50,264 nucleotides of DNA. Origin: Candidatus Zixiibacteriota bacterium (GTDB taxonomy: Bacteria > Zixibacteria > MSB-5A5 > UBA10806 > 4484-95). Each line of letters starts with the position of its first letter. Position 1 is the stretch's first letter. Shown in pieces: positions 29,431 to 39,469 of this stretch. Position numbers and translations under genes: made by a program. The stretch is from positions 1 through 50,264 of the forward strand of contig JAOZPT010000013.1 in NCBI GenBank assembly GCA_029932605.1, read 5' to 3'. The notes beneath the pieces were generated by a model. That model was not told the DNA's origin. It saw only the letters and a program-made list of their open reading frames with translations, and ran no database searches.

Positions 29431-31139
29431 ATCCTTTTAAGAAACATATATGCGATTGTCTGGAAAAAGCTACTGGTTTACCTTTTCAAGAAATATGTGA
29501 TTCTTTGGAAATGCCACCGGATGAAAGCTGGGGAGATTATGGTTGGCCATGCCATAATCTATCGAGGTCCTTAAAAAAGAACCCAAATTTGATAGCAACA
29601 GAACTTAAAAGTTCAATTTCGACTGAGCCATCTATTTGTTCGGTATCTGTGAAAGGGCCCTACCTGAATTTTAAACTTGATAAAAAAGAAGTAATTAAAT
29701 ACATTTGCCATGAGATTTTTTCCAAGGGGAGCGATTTCGCAAAAGACAACATCGGCCAGGGTAAAACTGTGGTCATCGATTATTCATCACCCAATATAGC
29801 CAAGCCAATGGGAATAGGCCACCTTCGTTCAACTGTGCTGGGAGCATCGTTGAAAAATATATTCAAACATCTTGGATACAGGGTCGTAGGAATAAACCAC
29901 CTTGGCGATTGGGGAACACAATTCGGTAAACTTGTTGTTGCTTATAAGCGTTGGGCGGATCCACAGAAAATGGAAAAAGAACCTATCGAGGAATTATATC
30001 GACTCTACGTCAAAATCCATAAAGAAAGTGAAGAGGATAAATCGCTTGAGGAGGAAAGTCGCTGTATTTTTAAAAAACTTGAGGATGGAGACCCGGAGAT
30101 AGTTACTCTCTGGAAAAAATTCGTGGATTTAAGCTGGAAAGATTTTCAACGGATATATGACCTTCTGGGTATAAAGTTCGAATTGGTTGCTGGAGAATCC
30201 TTTTATAACAAAATGATGTCTGACACGATATCCCTTCTCGAAAGAAAAAATTTGGCCAAGTTAAGCCAGGGGGCACTTATCATACCCCTAAGCGACTATG
30301 AGATGGAACCTCTACTTCTTAAAAAAAGAGATGGCTCATCGTTATACGGAACAAGAGACCTGACCGCAGCCATATATCGTTATAACACTTATAAATTCGA
30401 TAAATTGCTTTACGTTGTTGGTGTTGCCCAGAGTCTCCATTTCAAACAGCTTTTCAAAACGCTGGAACTGATGGGATATGATTGGGCTTCACGGTGTCAC
30501 CATGTCAGTTTTGGCTGGGTAACTCTTGCTGGTGAGATGATGTCAACCCGTAAGGGCAATGTGGTATTTCTGGAGGATGTCTTAAAACAGGCTTCAGCCA
30601 AAGCCTTAAATATAATTGAAAAGAACAATCCCGATCTTGAAAATAAACAGCAAGTGGCCAGTCAGGTCGGCATCGGCGCAATTGTTTTTACGAATTTGTC
30701 GGTAAAGCGCCAGACCGATGTTTCATTTGATTGGGATAGGATGCTTGATTTCAACGGCCAAACAGGGCCATACCTTCAATATGCCCATGCCCGTCTATCA
30801 AGCGTCATGCGAAAATATGGCGAAGACCTTGATGTTAAAGCCGATTATGAACTGCTAAAGTTACCGGAGGAATACAGGTTAGCTAAAAAGCTCATGGAAT
30901 TCCCTGATAAAATCGTTATCGCTGCCAAAACATACGAACCATATATAATCTCATCATACTTGTTAGATACAGTAAGCCTTTTTTCAACTTACTTTCAAAG
31001 ATACAAATCACCGAGAGACAAAATCCTTTCGGATGATCCCCGGCTGAAAAAAGCACGCGTAAACCTGTCCCATTGCTTAAAAACGGTTTTAAAATCAGGA
31101 TTGAACATTTTAGGACTTGAGGCCCCTGAAAAAATGTAA
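29427..31139 (+). CDS. argS: Arginine--tRNA ligase
   Basis: DYSSPNIAKPMGIGHLRST, HLGDWGTQFG, MSTRKG and GPYLQYAHAR. Confidence 0.97.
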   Translation: MNPFKKHICDCLEKATGLPFQEICDSLEMPPDESWGDYGWPCHNLSRSLKKNPNLIATELKSSISTEPSICSVSVKGPYLNFKLDKKEVIKYICHEIFSKGSDFAKDNIGQGKTVVIDYSSPNIAKPMGIGHLRSTVLGASLKNIFKHLGYRVVGINHLGDWGTQFGKLVVAYKRWADPQKMEKEPIEELYRLYVKIHKESEEDKSLEEESRCIFKKLEDGDPEIVTLWKKFVDLSWKDFQRIYDLLGIKFELVAGESFYNKMMSDTISLLERKNLAKLSQGALIIPLSDYEMEPLLLKKRDGSSLYGTRDLTAAIYRYNTYKFDKLLYVVGVAQSLHFKQLFKTLELMGYDWASRCHHVSFGWVTLAGEMMSTRKGNVVFLEDVLKQASAKALNIIEKNNPDLENKQQVASQVGIGAIVFTNLSVKRQTDVSFDWDRMLDFNGQTGPYLQYAHARLSSVMRKYGEDLDVKADYELLKLPEEYRLAKKLMEFPDKIVIAAKTYEPYIISSYLLDTVSLFSTYFQRYKSPRDKILSDDPRLKKARVNLSHCLKTVLKSGLNILGLEAPEKM

Positions 31140-31190
31140 AAAACAGTTGACTGTATATAAAAAGAAACTTTAATAAGAAGAATAAATGAC

Positions 31191-32564
31191 ATGGATAAAA
31201 TTATTAAAACAGCTCAAAAAGTTTACGGAAAAATAACCCTTCCCGGAGACAAATCGATTTCGCATAGAGCGACGATTTTAAGTTCACTGTGCAAAGGCGA
31301 CACCACTATTATCAACCGCAGTAAAAGCCAGGAGTTTGAATCAACCCTGAACTGTCTCGGACAGTATGGCGTAGAATATGACAAACCCGATGATAACACA
31401 TTAGTTGTTCATGGTCGGGGTATTGAGGGATTTTCCAAACCTGATGGTGTTCTTGATGCAGGAAATTCCAGTGCAACGGTCCGTTTGCTTTTAGGTCTGG
31501 CAGCGGCCTTTCCCTTCGAATCATATTTCGACGGCTCTGCTAAATTAAAAACACGACCAATGCGTAGGGTCATCGAACCTCTGGATAAAATGGGAGCTCG
31601 GATCGAAAGCGATAACTTCAGAGTACCTGTAAGGGTAGAGGGTGGTGACTTGAAGGCCATCCGGTATATTATGCCTCTATCAACATCCCAGGTCAAAGGT
31701 GCCGTCCTTACTGCCGCGTTATTTGCTGAGGGTGAAACCGAGTTGATCGAACGTTTTCCAAGTCGTGATCATTTTGAGAAGCTTATGGACCTGATGAAGA
31801 TTAAATATACCAAAGAGAAAATCCGTCCCGCTCCTGCAAAGGTCACCGATGAATTTGAAAGAAGGATGAAAAAGAAAAATAGATCAATTTTCAATGACCC
31901 GCGTGGCGACCTTTTCCGCCTATCGGGCGGCCAAACTCCCACGACTCCTACGACTATTGAAGTCCCGGGAGATATATCGGCTGCAGCCATGTTCGTAGCC
32001 GCCGCTGTTCTGGTGAATAACTCTGAACTGTTTATCGAGGACGTTTGTCTTAACCCTACCCGAATGGGATTTCTGGATATCCTATCCAAAATGCGCGCCA
32101 ACCTGAATTTCGAGGTCACCGGTTACAAGGGCATGGAACCGGTGGGTACTATAACCGCCAAGACAGGACCTCTGAAGGGTCGCAGAATCGTAGGCGAAAT
32201 GATACCAACCATTATCGATGAGTTACCTATCATGGCGGTAATAGCCACTCAGGCATATGGCACCACAGTAATCCGCGATGCCTTTGAACTACGGCATAAA
32301 GAAACCGACCGCATTAAAACGGTCGTTACTAACCTCAGAAAGATGGGGGCTCGAATAGGTGAACTTGATGATGGGATGGCCATCGATGGCGGCACTCCTC
32401 TTGAGGGCGCTGAGATAACAACATACGGCGACCATAGAATTGCTATGGCTTTCGCCATTGCCGGCCTTGTCGCTAAAGGAGAAACACTTATCAAGGATGC
32501 TGAATGTGTGGCAACATCTCACCCCGATTTCTGGGAGTTCATTGATTCTTTAGTCGAATATTGA
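31191..32564 (+). CDS. aroA: 3-phosphoshikimate 1-carboxyvinyltransferase (EPSP synthase) with a divergent active-site loop
   Basis: LPGDKSISHRA, RPM.RV, SQVK, PGDISAA, IDELP, ELRHKETDRI and DHRIAM. Confidence 0.9.
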   Translation: MDKIIKTAQKVYGKITLPGDKSISHRATILSSLCKGDTTIINRSKSQEFESTLNCLGQYGVEYDKPDDNTLVVHGRGIEGFSKPDGVLDAGNSSATVRLLLGLAAAFPFESYFDGSAKLKTRPMRRVIEPLDKMGARIESDNFRVPVRVEGGDLKAIRYIMPLSTSQVKGAVLTAALFAEGETELIERFPSRDHFEKLMDLMKIKYTKEKIRPAPAKVTDEFERRMKKKNRSIFNDPRGDLFRLSGGQTPTTPTTIEVPGDISAAAMFVAAAVLVNNSELFIEDVCLNPTRMGFLDILSKMRANLNFEVTGYKGMEPVGTITAKTGPLKGRRIVGEMIPTIIDELPIMAVIATQAYGTTVIRDAFELRHKETDRIKTVVTNLRKMGARIGELDDGMAIDGGTPLEGAEITTYGDHRIAMAFAIAGLVAKGETLIKDAECVATSHPDFWEFIDSLVEY

Positions 32565-32574
32565 TGAGGGTATT

Positions 32575-33048
32575 TTGACCGAAACCCCCGAAACCCATAC
32601 TTCGACCGAGATAAGCATATCATTTAAGGAAAGCTTGTATGAGGGTTTAAGACAGGGACTGTATTCTTTTTATACACTTTTCAAGATAATGACTCCTGTT
32701 TATATACTTATCTCCATATTGAAAGAAATCGCAGTCCTGGAGATCCTTGCTGGATATTTTTCCCCATTTATGAAATTTTTAGGATTACCCGGCGAAACTG
32801 CTTTAGCAGTAGTCCTTGGCTGGACTGTAAATCTTTACGCGGCCATTGCTGCTTTTGCCGGGTTGGGACTTTCCATCAGGCAGGTTACAATACTGGCGGT
32901 TATGCTGGGGATTTCACATTCCCACTTTATGGAAACTGCTATCATAAGTCGCATGAAGGCTCGTCCATGGCTGATTTTGCTTATAAGAATAGTTACCAGC
33001 CTCTTTATAGGAGCACTGATGAATCTGATACTGCCAGAAAACTTTTAA
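32575..33048 (+). CDS. Nucleoside-recognition (Gate) domain membrane protein
   Basis: SPFMKFLGLPGE, NLYAAI and SHSHFMET in a hydrophobic protein. Confidence 0.75.
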   Translation: MTETPETHTSTEISISFKESLYEGLRQGLYSFYTLFKIMTPVYILISILKEIAVLEILAGYFSPFMKFLGLPGETALAVVLGWTVNLYAAIAAFAGLGLSIRQVTILAVMLGISHSHFMETAIISRMKARPWLILLIRIVTSLFIGALMNLILPENF

Positions 33049-33488
33049 TGGAATTTATTCTCCAAACAGCTTTCGGTTTGTTAAAACTTATGGCGCTAAT
33101 TTTTATAATCATCGTGCCATTAATCATAATCCTCGAACTTTTTCGCTCTTATGGGGTATTAGAAAAACTAACAAAATTAATATCACCACTGACAAGTCGT
33201 CTGGGTTTTGAAAAAGATTCTGTCTTTCCTCTTCTGGCAGGGATCGTTTTTGGTATATCCTATGGTGGTGGCGTGTTAGTGAGCGAAGCCAAAAAAGGAC
33301 GAATAGTCGGCAATCAGGCATTTCTTGTGGCACTATTCCTTGCGTTGTGCCACGCCATATTCGAGGACACCCTTATTTTTATCGCTCAGGGTGCCATCTG
33401 GTGGATAGTTGTCTTAACCAGAGTAGCCACAGCATTTATGATAACAGCACTGGTTGCGATATGGCTTAAAAAACAAGGCCACCCATGA
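33048..33488 (+). CDS. Nucleoside-recognition (Gate) domain membrane protein, second subunit
   Basis: Translationally coupled via TAATG at 33046-33050. Motifs GIVFGISYGGGV and CHAIFEDTLIF. Confidence 0.75.
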   Translation: MEFILQTAFGLLKLMALIFIIIVPLIIILELFRSYGVLEKLTKLISPLTSRLGFEKDSVFPLLAGIVFGISYGGGVLVSEAKKGRIVGNQAFLVALFLALCHAIFEDTLIFIAQGAIWWIVVLTRVATAFMITALVAIWLKKQGHP

Positions 33489-33865
33489 AAAAACCAGGAG
33501 AAATAGGCGAGGATATGGCCACGGAATACCTTAAGAAGAAAGGTTATCAGATACTGGAAAGAAACTGGCGTGGCGATAACAAATTGAAATGCCCTGAAAT
33601 AGATATCATTGCTGAGAAAAATAACATAATAGTTTTCATCGAGGTCAAAACATCATCAACTGGCGTATTCGGAGAGCCTGAACACTGGATAACACTTCAG
33701 AAACAAAAACGGTTAGCGGTCGGTGCCAGCGGTTATCTTACCCGATACAGTCAAACAAAGATTGAATGTCGGTTCGATGCCATCACCATCAACCTTCAGA
33801 CACGCCCACCGCTTATAAACCACATCAAAAATGCTTTCTCAATGCCCGATGAGGATACAAATTAA
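33485..33865 (+). CDS. yraN: YraN (UPF0102) family nuclease-like protein
   Basis: GE..A..YL..KGYQILERNWR, EIDIIA, FIEVK and RFD. Confidence 0.9.
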   Translation: MKKPGEIGEDMATEYLKKKGYQILERNWRGDNKLKCPEIDIIAEKNNIIVFIEVKTSSTGVFGEPEHWITLQKQKRLAVGASGYLTRYSQTKIECRFDAITINLQTRPPLINHIKNAFSMPDEDTN

Positions 33866-34037
33866 CCAGGGAAAAGAAAACTACCTAAAGATTATATTTT
33901 AGGTTTGATAGTTGTAATACTTTTTATTAATTGAGATTTCTTTTTGTTTCCTCAGCAAGGATACGCAAAAAAGTTTATGGTGCCGAGTTCGATAAAGGTA
34001 AGACACTGTATTATTTCAAGATTGGCAGGAAAAGCTT

Positions 34038-35330
34038 TTAATATTCATTCAAAACATAAAGCTTTTTCTCAACAGGTCTCTTCAATTCAGCCATCCTTTC
34101 AGCTACTATGGCCTTAAAATCGCCCATGTACTCATCCTTAACAGGAGGTGAAGCCGGAACAGTCATCCTTAAAGGATTCACGAATCGGTTATTTTTTTTG
34201 ACCCTGTAATCGAGATGTGGTCCTGTCGCTATTCCTGTGGCTCCGACATAACCAATGACCTGTCCCTGGAGAACTCTTCGCCCCTCAACTATCCCCTTAG
34301 CAAATCCGCTAAGATGCCCGTAACTGGTTGAAAGGCCAAAATTATGTTTTATCTCTACATAGTTTCCAAAACCGTTTACCCATCCTTTAATCTTGATTAT
34401 ACCATCGCCTGCCGCAACTACAGGTGTACCTGTTGATGCGGCATAATCTATCCCGAGATGCGGTCGGTAGACCATATATATGGGATGAAGTCTTCTTTGG
34501 GAATAGCTGGAGGATATGCGCCTGTAATTCAATGGCGACTTCAATAAAGCTCGCCGTAATGAATAACCGTTTTCATCATAATAATCAGTATATCCATCCG
34601 GATCAGTGTAAAGGAAAGCACGATGGGGAACGCCACAGAGCGTATATTCAGATGCAAGGATATCACCGCACTTGACAAATTCATTATCTTTATAAAGAGA
34701 TTCAAAAACTACTTTAAAAACATCACCGGCTCGCGATTCTGTAAAGAAATCGATCTCCCAAGCGTATATGTCGGTAATCCTCTTGACTAACTCAGGGTTC
34801 GGTAAAACCGAAACCAGGGCGTCCCAGAGATTGGTCTTAACCGTAGTGCTGGCAAACTCCATTCTCCTTTCAAGTTCAACAGTTGTCACATAGTCTATAA
34901 AATCACCATCAACCCGTTCCAGATGATATTGTTTCAGGTCATTGGTGATATATTCAAACGACAAGACACTATCACCGGGAGAGATAAAAAGTTTAAATTC
35001 ATCACCGGGATGAGAATGGGTAAGGTCAAACAACTTCGAAAAATGAGCGGTAATAGCGGCAACAGCAGGTTCCGGAACCTCCTGGTTTAAAAGTTCAGCG
35101 AAAAGGGAGCTGTTTTTATGAATCTTACCGGTATAGATAGCCGAGATCTGCACATCTTCACATGGAGTATTATCAGCCTGCTGGCTCTCTTCAATACGTG
35201 TATGATTGTTTATCAAGTTGACCGTTACGAAAGTTAGTACCGCCAATACCAATAATACACGAATAATAATTCCATACAGTTTGGAGAATATACCAGGAGG
35301 TTTAAGATTCTTTATCTGTCTGACGATATC
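34038..35330 (-). CDS. M23 peptidoglycan DD-endopeptidase (MepM/Csd3-like); start uncertain
   Basis: RISS.Y..RRLHPI, HLGIDYAA, YGHL and ATGPHL zinc motifs, with an N-terminal TM. Confidence 0.88.
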   Translation of the reverse strand, partial: DIVRQIKNLKPPGIFSKLYGIIIRVLLVLAVLTFVTVNLINNHTRIEESQQADNTPCEDVQISAIYTGKIHKNSSLFAELLNQEVPEPAVAAITAHFSKLFDLTHSHPGDEFKLFISPGDSVLSFEYITNDLKQYHLERVDGDFIDYVTTVELERRMEFASTTVKTNLWDALVSVLPNPELVKRITDIYAWEIDFFTESRAGDVFKVVFESLYKDNEFVKCGDILASEYTLCGVPHRAFLYTDPDGYTDYYDENGYSLRRALLKSPLNYRRISSSYSQRRLHPIYMVYRPHLGIDYAASTGTPVVAAGDGIIKIKGWVNGFGNYVEIKHNFGLSTSYGHLSGFAKGIVEGRRVLQGQVIGYVGATGIATGPHLDYRVKKNNRFVNPLRMTVPASPPVKDEYMGDFKAIVAERMAELKRPVEKKLYVLNEY

Positions 35331-36900
35331 ATTCCTCTTTGAAAATATCGGCTTGGAACCTGTATATCTGGGTGCCTTCTTTTTTCCAGGTACCGGGTGG
35401 AAGGCCGGCTTTAAGGCACGTTTGGTCAAGAAAAGTCTCTCTATCCCAGTTATAATCAACCGCTACCTGCGGCAACAAAAGGCCGCTATTAAAACCCCTA
35501 GTTATGTAAAGCCCATCGCGGCCTACAACTACCTCATTAGGGTCTTTTACAATTGTCATCGGCGTCAAAACTGAAATCTCAACCCTAACTTTCATTAATT
35601 CCTCAGACGTAAGAGGTGGAAACCGTGGGTCATGAAATGCAGCCTGAACGGCCATTTCGGCAATAGTCTCATACAAAGGTTTTACCGCCTGAGTATAACC
35701 GATACACCCCCGCAAATTGCCACCTATTGTAAGCGTGACAAAAGCCCCTCGATTTTCAGCCAACACCCCGGTAAATCTGGACTTATCAAGCCCGAGGTCA
35801 TGTTTTTCCAAAACCGATAAAATAGCTTCACGGGCAAGTTTAAGAAGAGCTTTTTTGTCTTTGTCCGAAAGGCCGAAATCAACTGTCGAAGCAGGGTCAA
35901 CCTCAACCGAACCACTTTCCTCCTTCCCCAGATCTTCACTCTGAGACTTTTCGTCAATGACATGAACTTTCGATGACTTATCTGCTTTATAGATAACCGC
36001 AGAAAGGTAACCCACAACCGCGGACTTATCACCGGTAACATCACCTGAATTAGCATAATTAACCACCTTAATATCACCGGCGCCCAATTTTTCAGCAGCC
36101 ATCATAAGGGCAATAATCGGACCACCGCCGCAGGCTTCAATCTTCTGTTGTTTTATCTCCTCGAACAATTGGTTATAATCATAATTATTAACAAGTTCCA
36201 CTACTCTGTTATCCAGTTTTACCGCGGTATCGTAATCGTGGTAATGGGAAAGATCGGAACTAGCGACAATCAAGATGTCGTTTCTATTCCGGCAATGCTT
36301 GGCTATCGATTCGGCAAGGTCTTTGCAGGTTTGCATATCCTGGCTACCCATTACAATTGCTACAAGGCGGAAATCCTTGAGCATGGTCTGAAGAAATGGA
36401 AGCTGGACCTCAAGCGAATGTTCTCCACCACGATAGTTGAAACGGTGTCCTTGATCAGAAAGCTTAATAAGGTTTGAATATGATGCTATTTTATTGGAAA
36501 GCTCTTTGTTTATCTCAACATCACCTAAAGGAGTGGCGTATGCATCGCCCGGATAAACAGCGGCACCTGCAAAAGCTTCAACATGGCATGGAGCAATAAC
36601 AATAACATCAGAATATTCCATACCCTGAATGGCTTTATAGGCATAAGCAGCTACAGGGCCTGAATATATATAACCAGCATGGGGGACTATCAGGCCAATG
36701 ATGTCACCAGGGATAGACGGTTTTTCAGTTTTTGCTAACATTTCAGCAATCATTTTAGCCAGCTGGGATGGTTCACCTGGATAGAAACTCCCCGCTACTG
36801 CCGGTTGCCTGATTTCTTTATCCATATCTGCCTCCAATAAAGGGGCTCTAATATTCAAAGCCACCAATATTAATAATGTCATAGAAATAGATAATCTCAT
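35329..36900 (-). CDS. AmmeMemoRadiSam system protein B (Memo) fused to protein A (AMMECR1)
   Basis: Memo part: RQPAVAGSFYP, PHAGY.YSG, EHSLEVQLPFLQ, ASSDLSHY and ACG. AMMECR1 part: GAFVTL..LRGCIG, DPRFPP, EISVL and LLPQV. The start is 36900 or 36825. Confidence 0.92.
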   Translation of the reverse strand: MRLSISMTLLILVALNIRAPLLEADMDKEIRQPAVAGSFYPGEPSQLAKMIAEMLAKTEKPSIPGDIIGLIVPHAGYIYSGPVAAYAYKAIQGMEYSDVIVIAPCHVEAFAGAAVYPGDAYATPLGDVEINKELSNKIASYSNLIKLSDQGHRFNYRGGEHSLEVQLPFLQTMLKDFRLVAIVMGSQDMQTCKDLAESIAKHCRNRNDILIVASSDLSHYHDYDTAVKLDNRVVELVNNYDYNQLFEEIKQQKIEACGGGPIIALMMAAEKLGAGDIKVVNYANSGDVTGDKSAVVGYLSAVIYKADKSSKVHVIDEKSQSEDLGKEESGSVEVDPASTVDFGLSDKDKKALLKLAREAILSVLEKHDLGLDKSRFTGVLAENRGAFVTLTIGGNLRGCIGYTQAVKPLYETIAEMAVQAAFHDPRFPPLTSEELMKVRVEISVLTPMTIVKDPNEVVVGRDGLYITRGFNSGLLLPQVAVDYNWDRETFLDQTCLKAGLPPGTWKKEGTQIYRFQADIFKEE

Positions 36901-36906
36901 GTGAAA

Positions 36907-36936
36907 ATTATAACCATGACTTATTACCAGTGTCAA
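36907..36936 (-). promoter_or_regulatory. Consensus sigma70 promoter
   Basis: TTGACA-N18-TATAAT on the minus strand, 6 nt before ATG 36900. Confidence 0.7.
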
Positions 36937-37346
36937 GACAAAACAATCATCACCCTTTGTTTTGCTCCAACCTCATATCATTTGATTTGTTTGTAATATT
37001 GTTATTATCGGACATTACTATACGCCTGACTTTGCTCTCATTTATTTTAAGTAGATTTTAGTAAACGCCAAGACCTTATATATCAGGGTTGATAAAAGGC
37101 CGAGAGACTCTTTAAGTGTTTAACAAATAGCCAGTTAAATCATTGATAAGAGAACAACCCCTTCAAAAATTGGCTAATTGAATTGTTCAACCACAATTTA
37201 TTTTCAGCGTTTAGGCTTATTCAGAGTAAGATATCAGAAGATACAACCGATATAATTAATAATGAAATTATCACCAGGATTAATACAACTGCCTGGAGGG
37301 CAAGAAATAAATTTATTGTTAACCTTCTAAGTTCGCATGGAGGTAT

Positions 37347-38813
37347 ATGATGAGTAAGAAAATAGCGATACTGGTACTTTTGACAATACTTATTTATTCT
37401 GCGGGGCCATATCAACAAAAATTATGTTATGCTGGTATCGATAACCTTATTGGTGCCAGAGGGGAGGGCATAGGTTTTTCCCATATAGTCTTTGCTGATG
37501 AACCATATGGAGCGCTTTATAACCCCGCTGGACCCGCTTTTGTGAGAGACTGGCAGGTTCAGTTCCAATATTATCATCCTACAAAATACGGGTTAGCTGG
37601 TATTGATGAATCTCCCTATGATGGTTTAGTAGGCTTCAATTATTACAAGGAAAATTTTGGCAATATCGTTTTAAATACACATCAGTTTGGCTCAACCTCC
37701 AACCCAACGACAGTTACAACCACAAACAACATAAACCTCTCTTATGCCAGAATGCTCAACAATGACATTGCCGGTGGCATAGGTTTCAAATATATCTTTG
37801 AAACCAATCAAAGTGAGCGCTCATCTTTTGATTTGGATGTCGGGTTTAGCTATAGGCCACAGGTTAATTTCGCCTTGGCCGCAGCGGCTGAAAATCTCTT
37901 AAGAAGCAAACTCACACCTGACTTGCCGAGCACAACCGAGCATTTACCAAGAAAAATTCGCTTTGCTGGCGCTTACCTTATACCGATGACAGATAACCTT
38001 GGCTCAATTCTCGCCGGCTGGCAGTTAGAACAGGCCGGCGAAGCATCAACAATCAATACCTCGCTTTTCAACTTTGGTACCGAGTGGTGGATCGCCACCA
38101 ACTATACAATATCATTCGGCATTCGGGGAGGTTACACATTCGGCAAAACAACCATAGCCGATAATAAAACCGATTTCAACCGCTGGCATGCTGGTATGTC
38201 TCTTAATTTCAATCTCAAGGGCCGTGATTTGCGTTTCGACTATGGGTTCAGAAGTTACCCCTTTGAGTCATCGGAGACCCTGCCATCGGATAACTTCCTT
38301 TCGGTAACTTACGGATGGGGTGGTGTACCGGACTACGGTAGAAAAACAGATAAAATATACGACCTTACAAAATTCACCAAACGCCAGCCTCCTCAAGAAA
38401 AGAAACCTGAACAAACTATCGTTGATAAAACCCGGTATCCAGAAAAACAGAAACCCGTGCCAAAACCTCCCGCTTTCTTGAAACTCGATGTTGAAATGAA
38501 CGTCACCGACATCAGCATCTCCGGTAATAGAAGAATTGTATTTTATACAAGACCACAAAAATTGATAAGAATAACCTCCTGGAAACTTTACATATTCACC
38601 GCCAAAATAAAGCGATGGACTGATAAGATTGCCGATGAATACGCTATGCATATGATAGAAGGCAAGGGTATCCCGCCAATTAACAAAGTCTGGAATGGTG
38701 TGCTCAAGGATGGAACCACATTGCCACCCGGGAAATATTATTTTGTAATCATTGGCGAAGATAAATACGGTCAGAGATATATGTCCGATTGGTGCAAATT
38801 TGTTTTAAAATAA
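37347..38813 (+). CDS. PorV/PorQ-like outer-membrane beta-barrel with C-terminal FlgD-Ig-like domain
   Basis: Signal peptide, GARGEGIG..ADEPYGALYNPAG, alternating beta-strands, a Pro/Lys-rich linker and VWNG..KDGTTLPPGKYYFVI. Confidence 0.65.
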   Translation: MMSKKIAILVLLTILIYSAGPYQQKLCYAGIDNLIGARGEGIGFSHIVFADEPYGALYNPAGPAFVRDWQVQFQYYHPTKYGLAGIDESPYDGLVGFNYYKENFGNIVLNTHQFGSTSNPTTVTTTNNINLSYARMLNNDIAGGIGFKYIFETNQSERSSFDLDVGFSYRPQVNFALAAAAENLLRSKLTPDLPSTTEHLPRKIRFAGAYLIPMTDNLGSILAGWQLEQAGEASTINTSLFNFGTEWWIATNYTISFGIRGGYTFGKTTIADNKTDFNRWHAGMSLNFNLKGRDLRFDYGFRSYPFESSETLPSDNFLSVTYGWGGVPDYGRKTDKIYDLTKFTKRQPPQEKKPEQTIVDKTRYPEKQKPVPKPPAFLKLDVEMNVTDISISGNRRIVFYTRPQKLIRITSWKLYIFTAKIKRWTDKIADEYAMHMIEGKGIPPINKVWNGVLKDGTTLPPGKYYFVIIGEDKYGQRYMSDWCKFVLK

Positions 38814-38898
38814 TCCTTTATCTTTGTTAAAGGAGGGGGATAACGGTGCTTGCAAAAAGGCGCCGTTTTTAAATTAATACCGATAGGAGTTAACAACA

Positions 38899-39423
38899 AT
38901 GATCAAGAAAATCCTGATTTTTTCAATATCTATAATAGTGATAGTTGGTGCATATAGTTGCTCTCAACAATCACAACAGCCTGTGCTACTAAAAAACTTT
39001 CCCTTAGACGACCTCGAGGGAATCATAAGCCAATCAGGCATAGTGTTCGATAGGGAAATCTCAAGTGATGGCAATGGTTCATTGCAAATTGTCGTAACCG
39101 AGTCCACTTTGGTTCGATTATTTGAAATCGGTGACATCGATGTTGAAAACGCACGTTTATTTTACCAGGCGAAGATTCGCACAGAAAACGTAGAAGGCCG
39201 GGCATATTTGGAGATGTTGTGTCATTTCCCTGGCCGGGGAGAATTCTTCTCGCGGGGCTTTCAATCAGCCCTCTCCGGCTCCAATGATTGGTCAACTTCA
39301 GAGACTTTTTTCTTTTTAAAAAAGGGTGAAAATCCTGACAACGTGAAACTTAACCTTGTTATAAGCGGCAAAGGAACCGCCTGGATAGATGACATAAAGT
39401 TATTGAAAGGACCGCTTAAGTAA
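38899..39423 (+). CDS. Putative lipoprotein with beta-sandwich (CBM-like) domain
   Basis: RBS AGGAG, signal peptide ending GAYS-C, and DGNGSLQI, GSNDW and GTAWIDDIKL motifs. Confidence 0.6.
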   Translation: MIKKILIFSISIIVIVGAYSCSQQSQQPVLLKNFPLDDLEGIISQSGIVFDREISSDGNGSLQIVVTESTLVRLFEIGDIDVENARLFYQAKIRTENVEGRAYLEMLCHFPGRGEFFSRGFQSALSGSNDWSTSETFFFLKKGENPDNVKLNLVISGKGTAWIDDIKLLKGPLK

Positions 39424-39469
39424 TACCTTAGTAGTGTAGAGGTTTATTACGATACAATACTATAATATA

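Noticed and set aside
32967..33047. Longer start for the second Gate protein
   Set aside because: It overlaps the upstream gene. TAATG coupling at 33048 gives a cleaner start.
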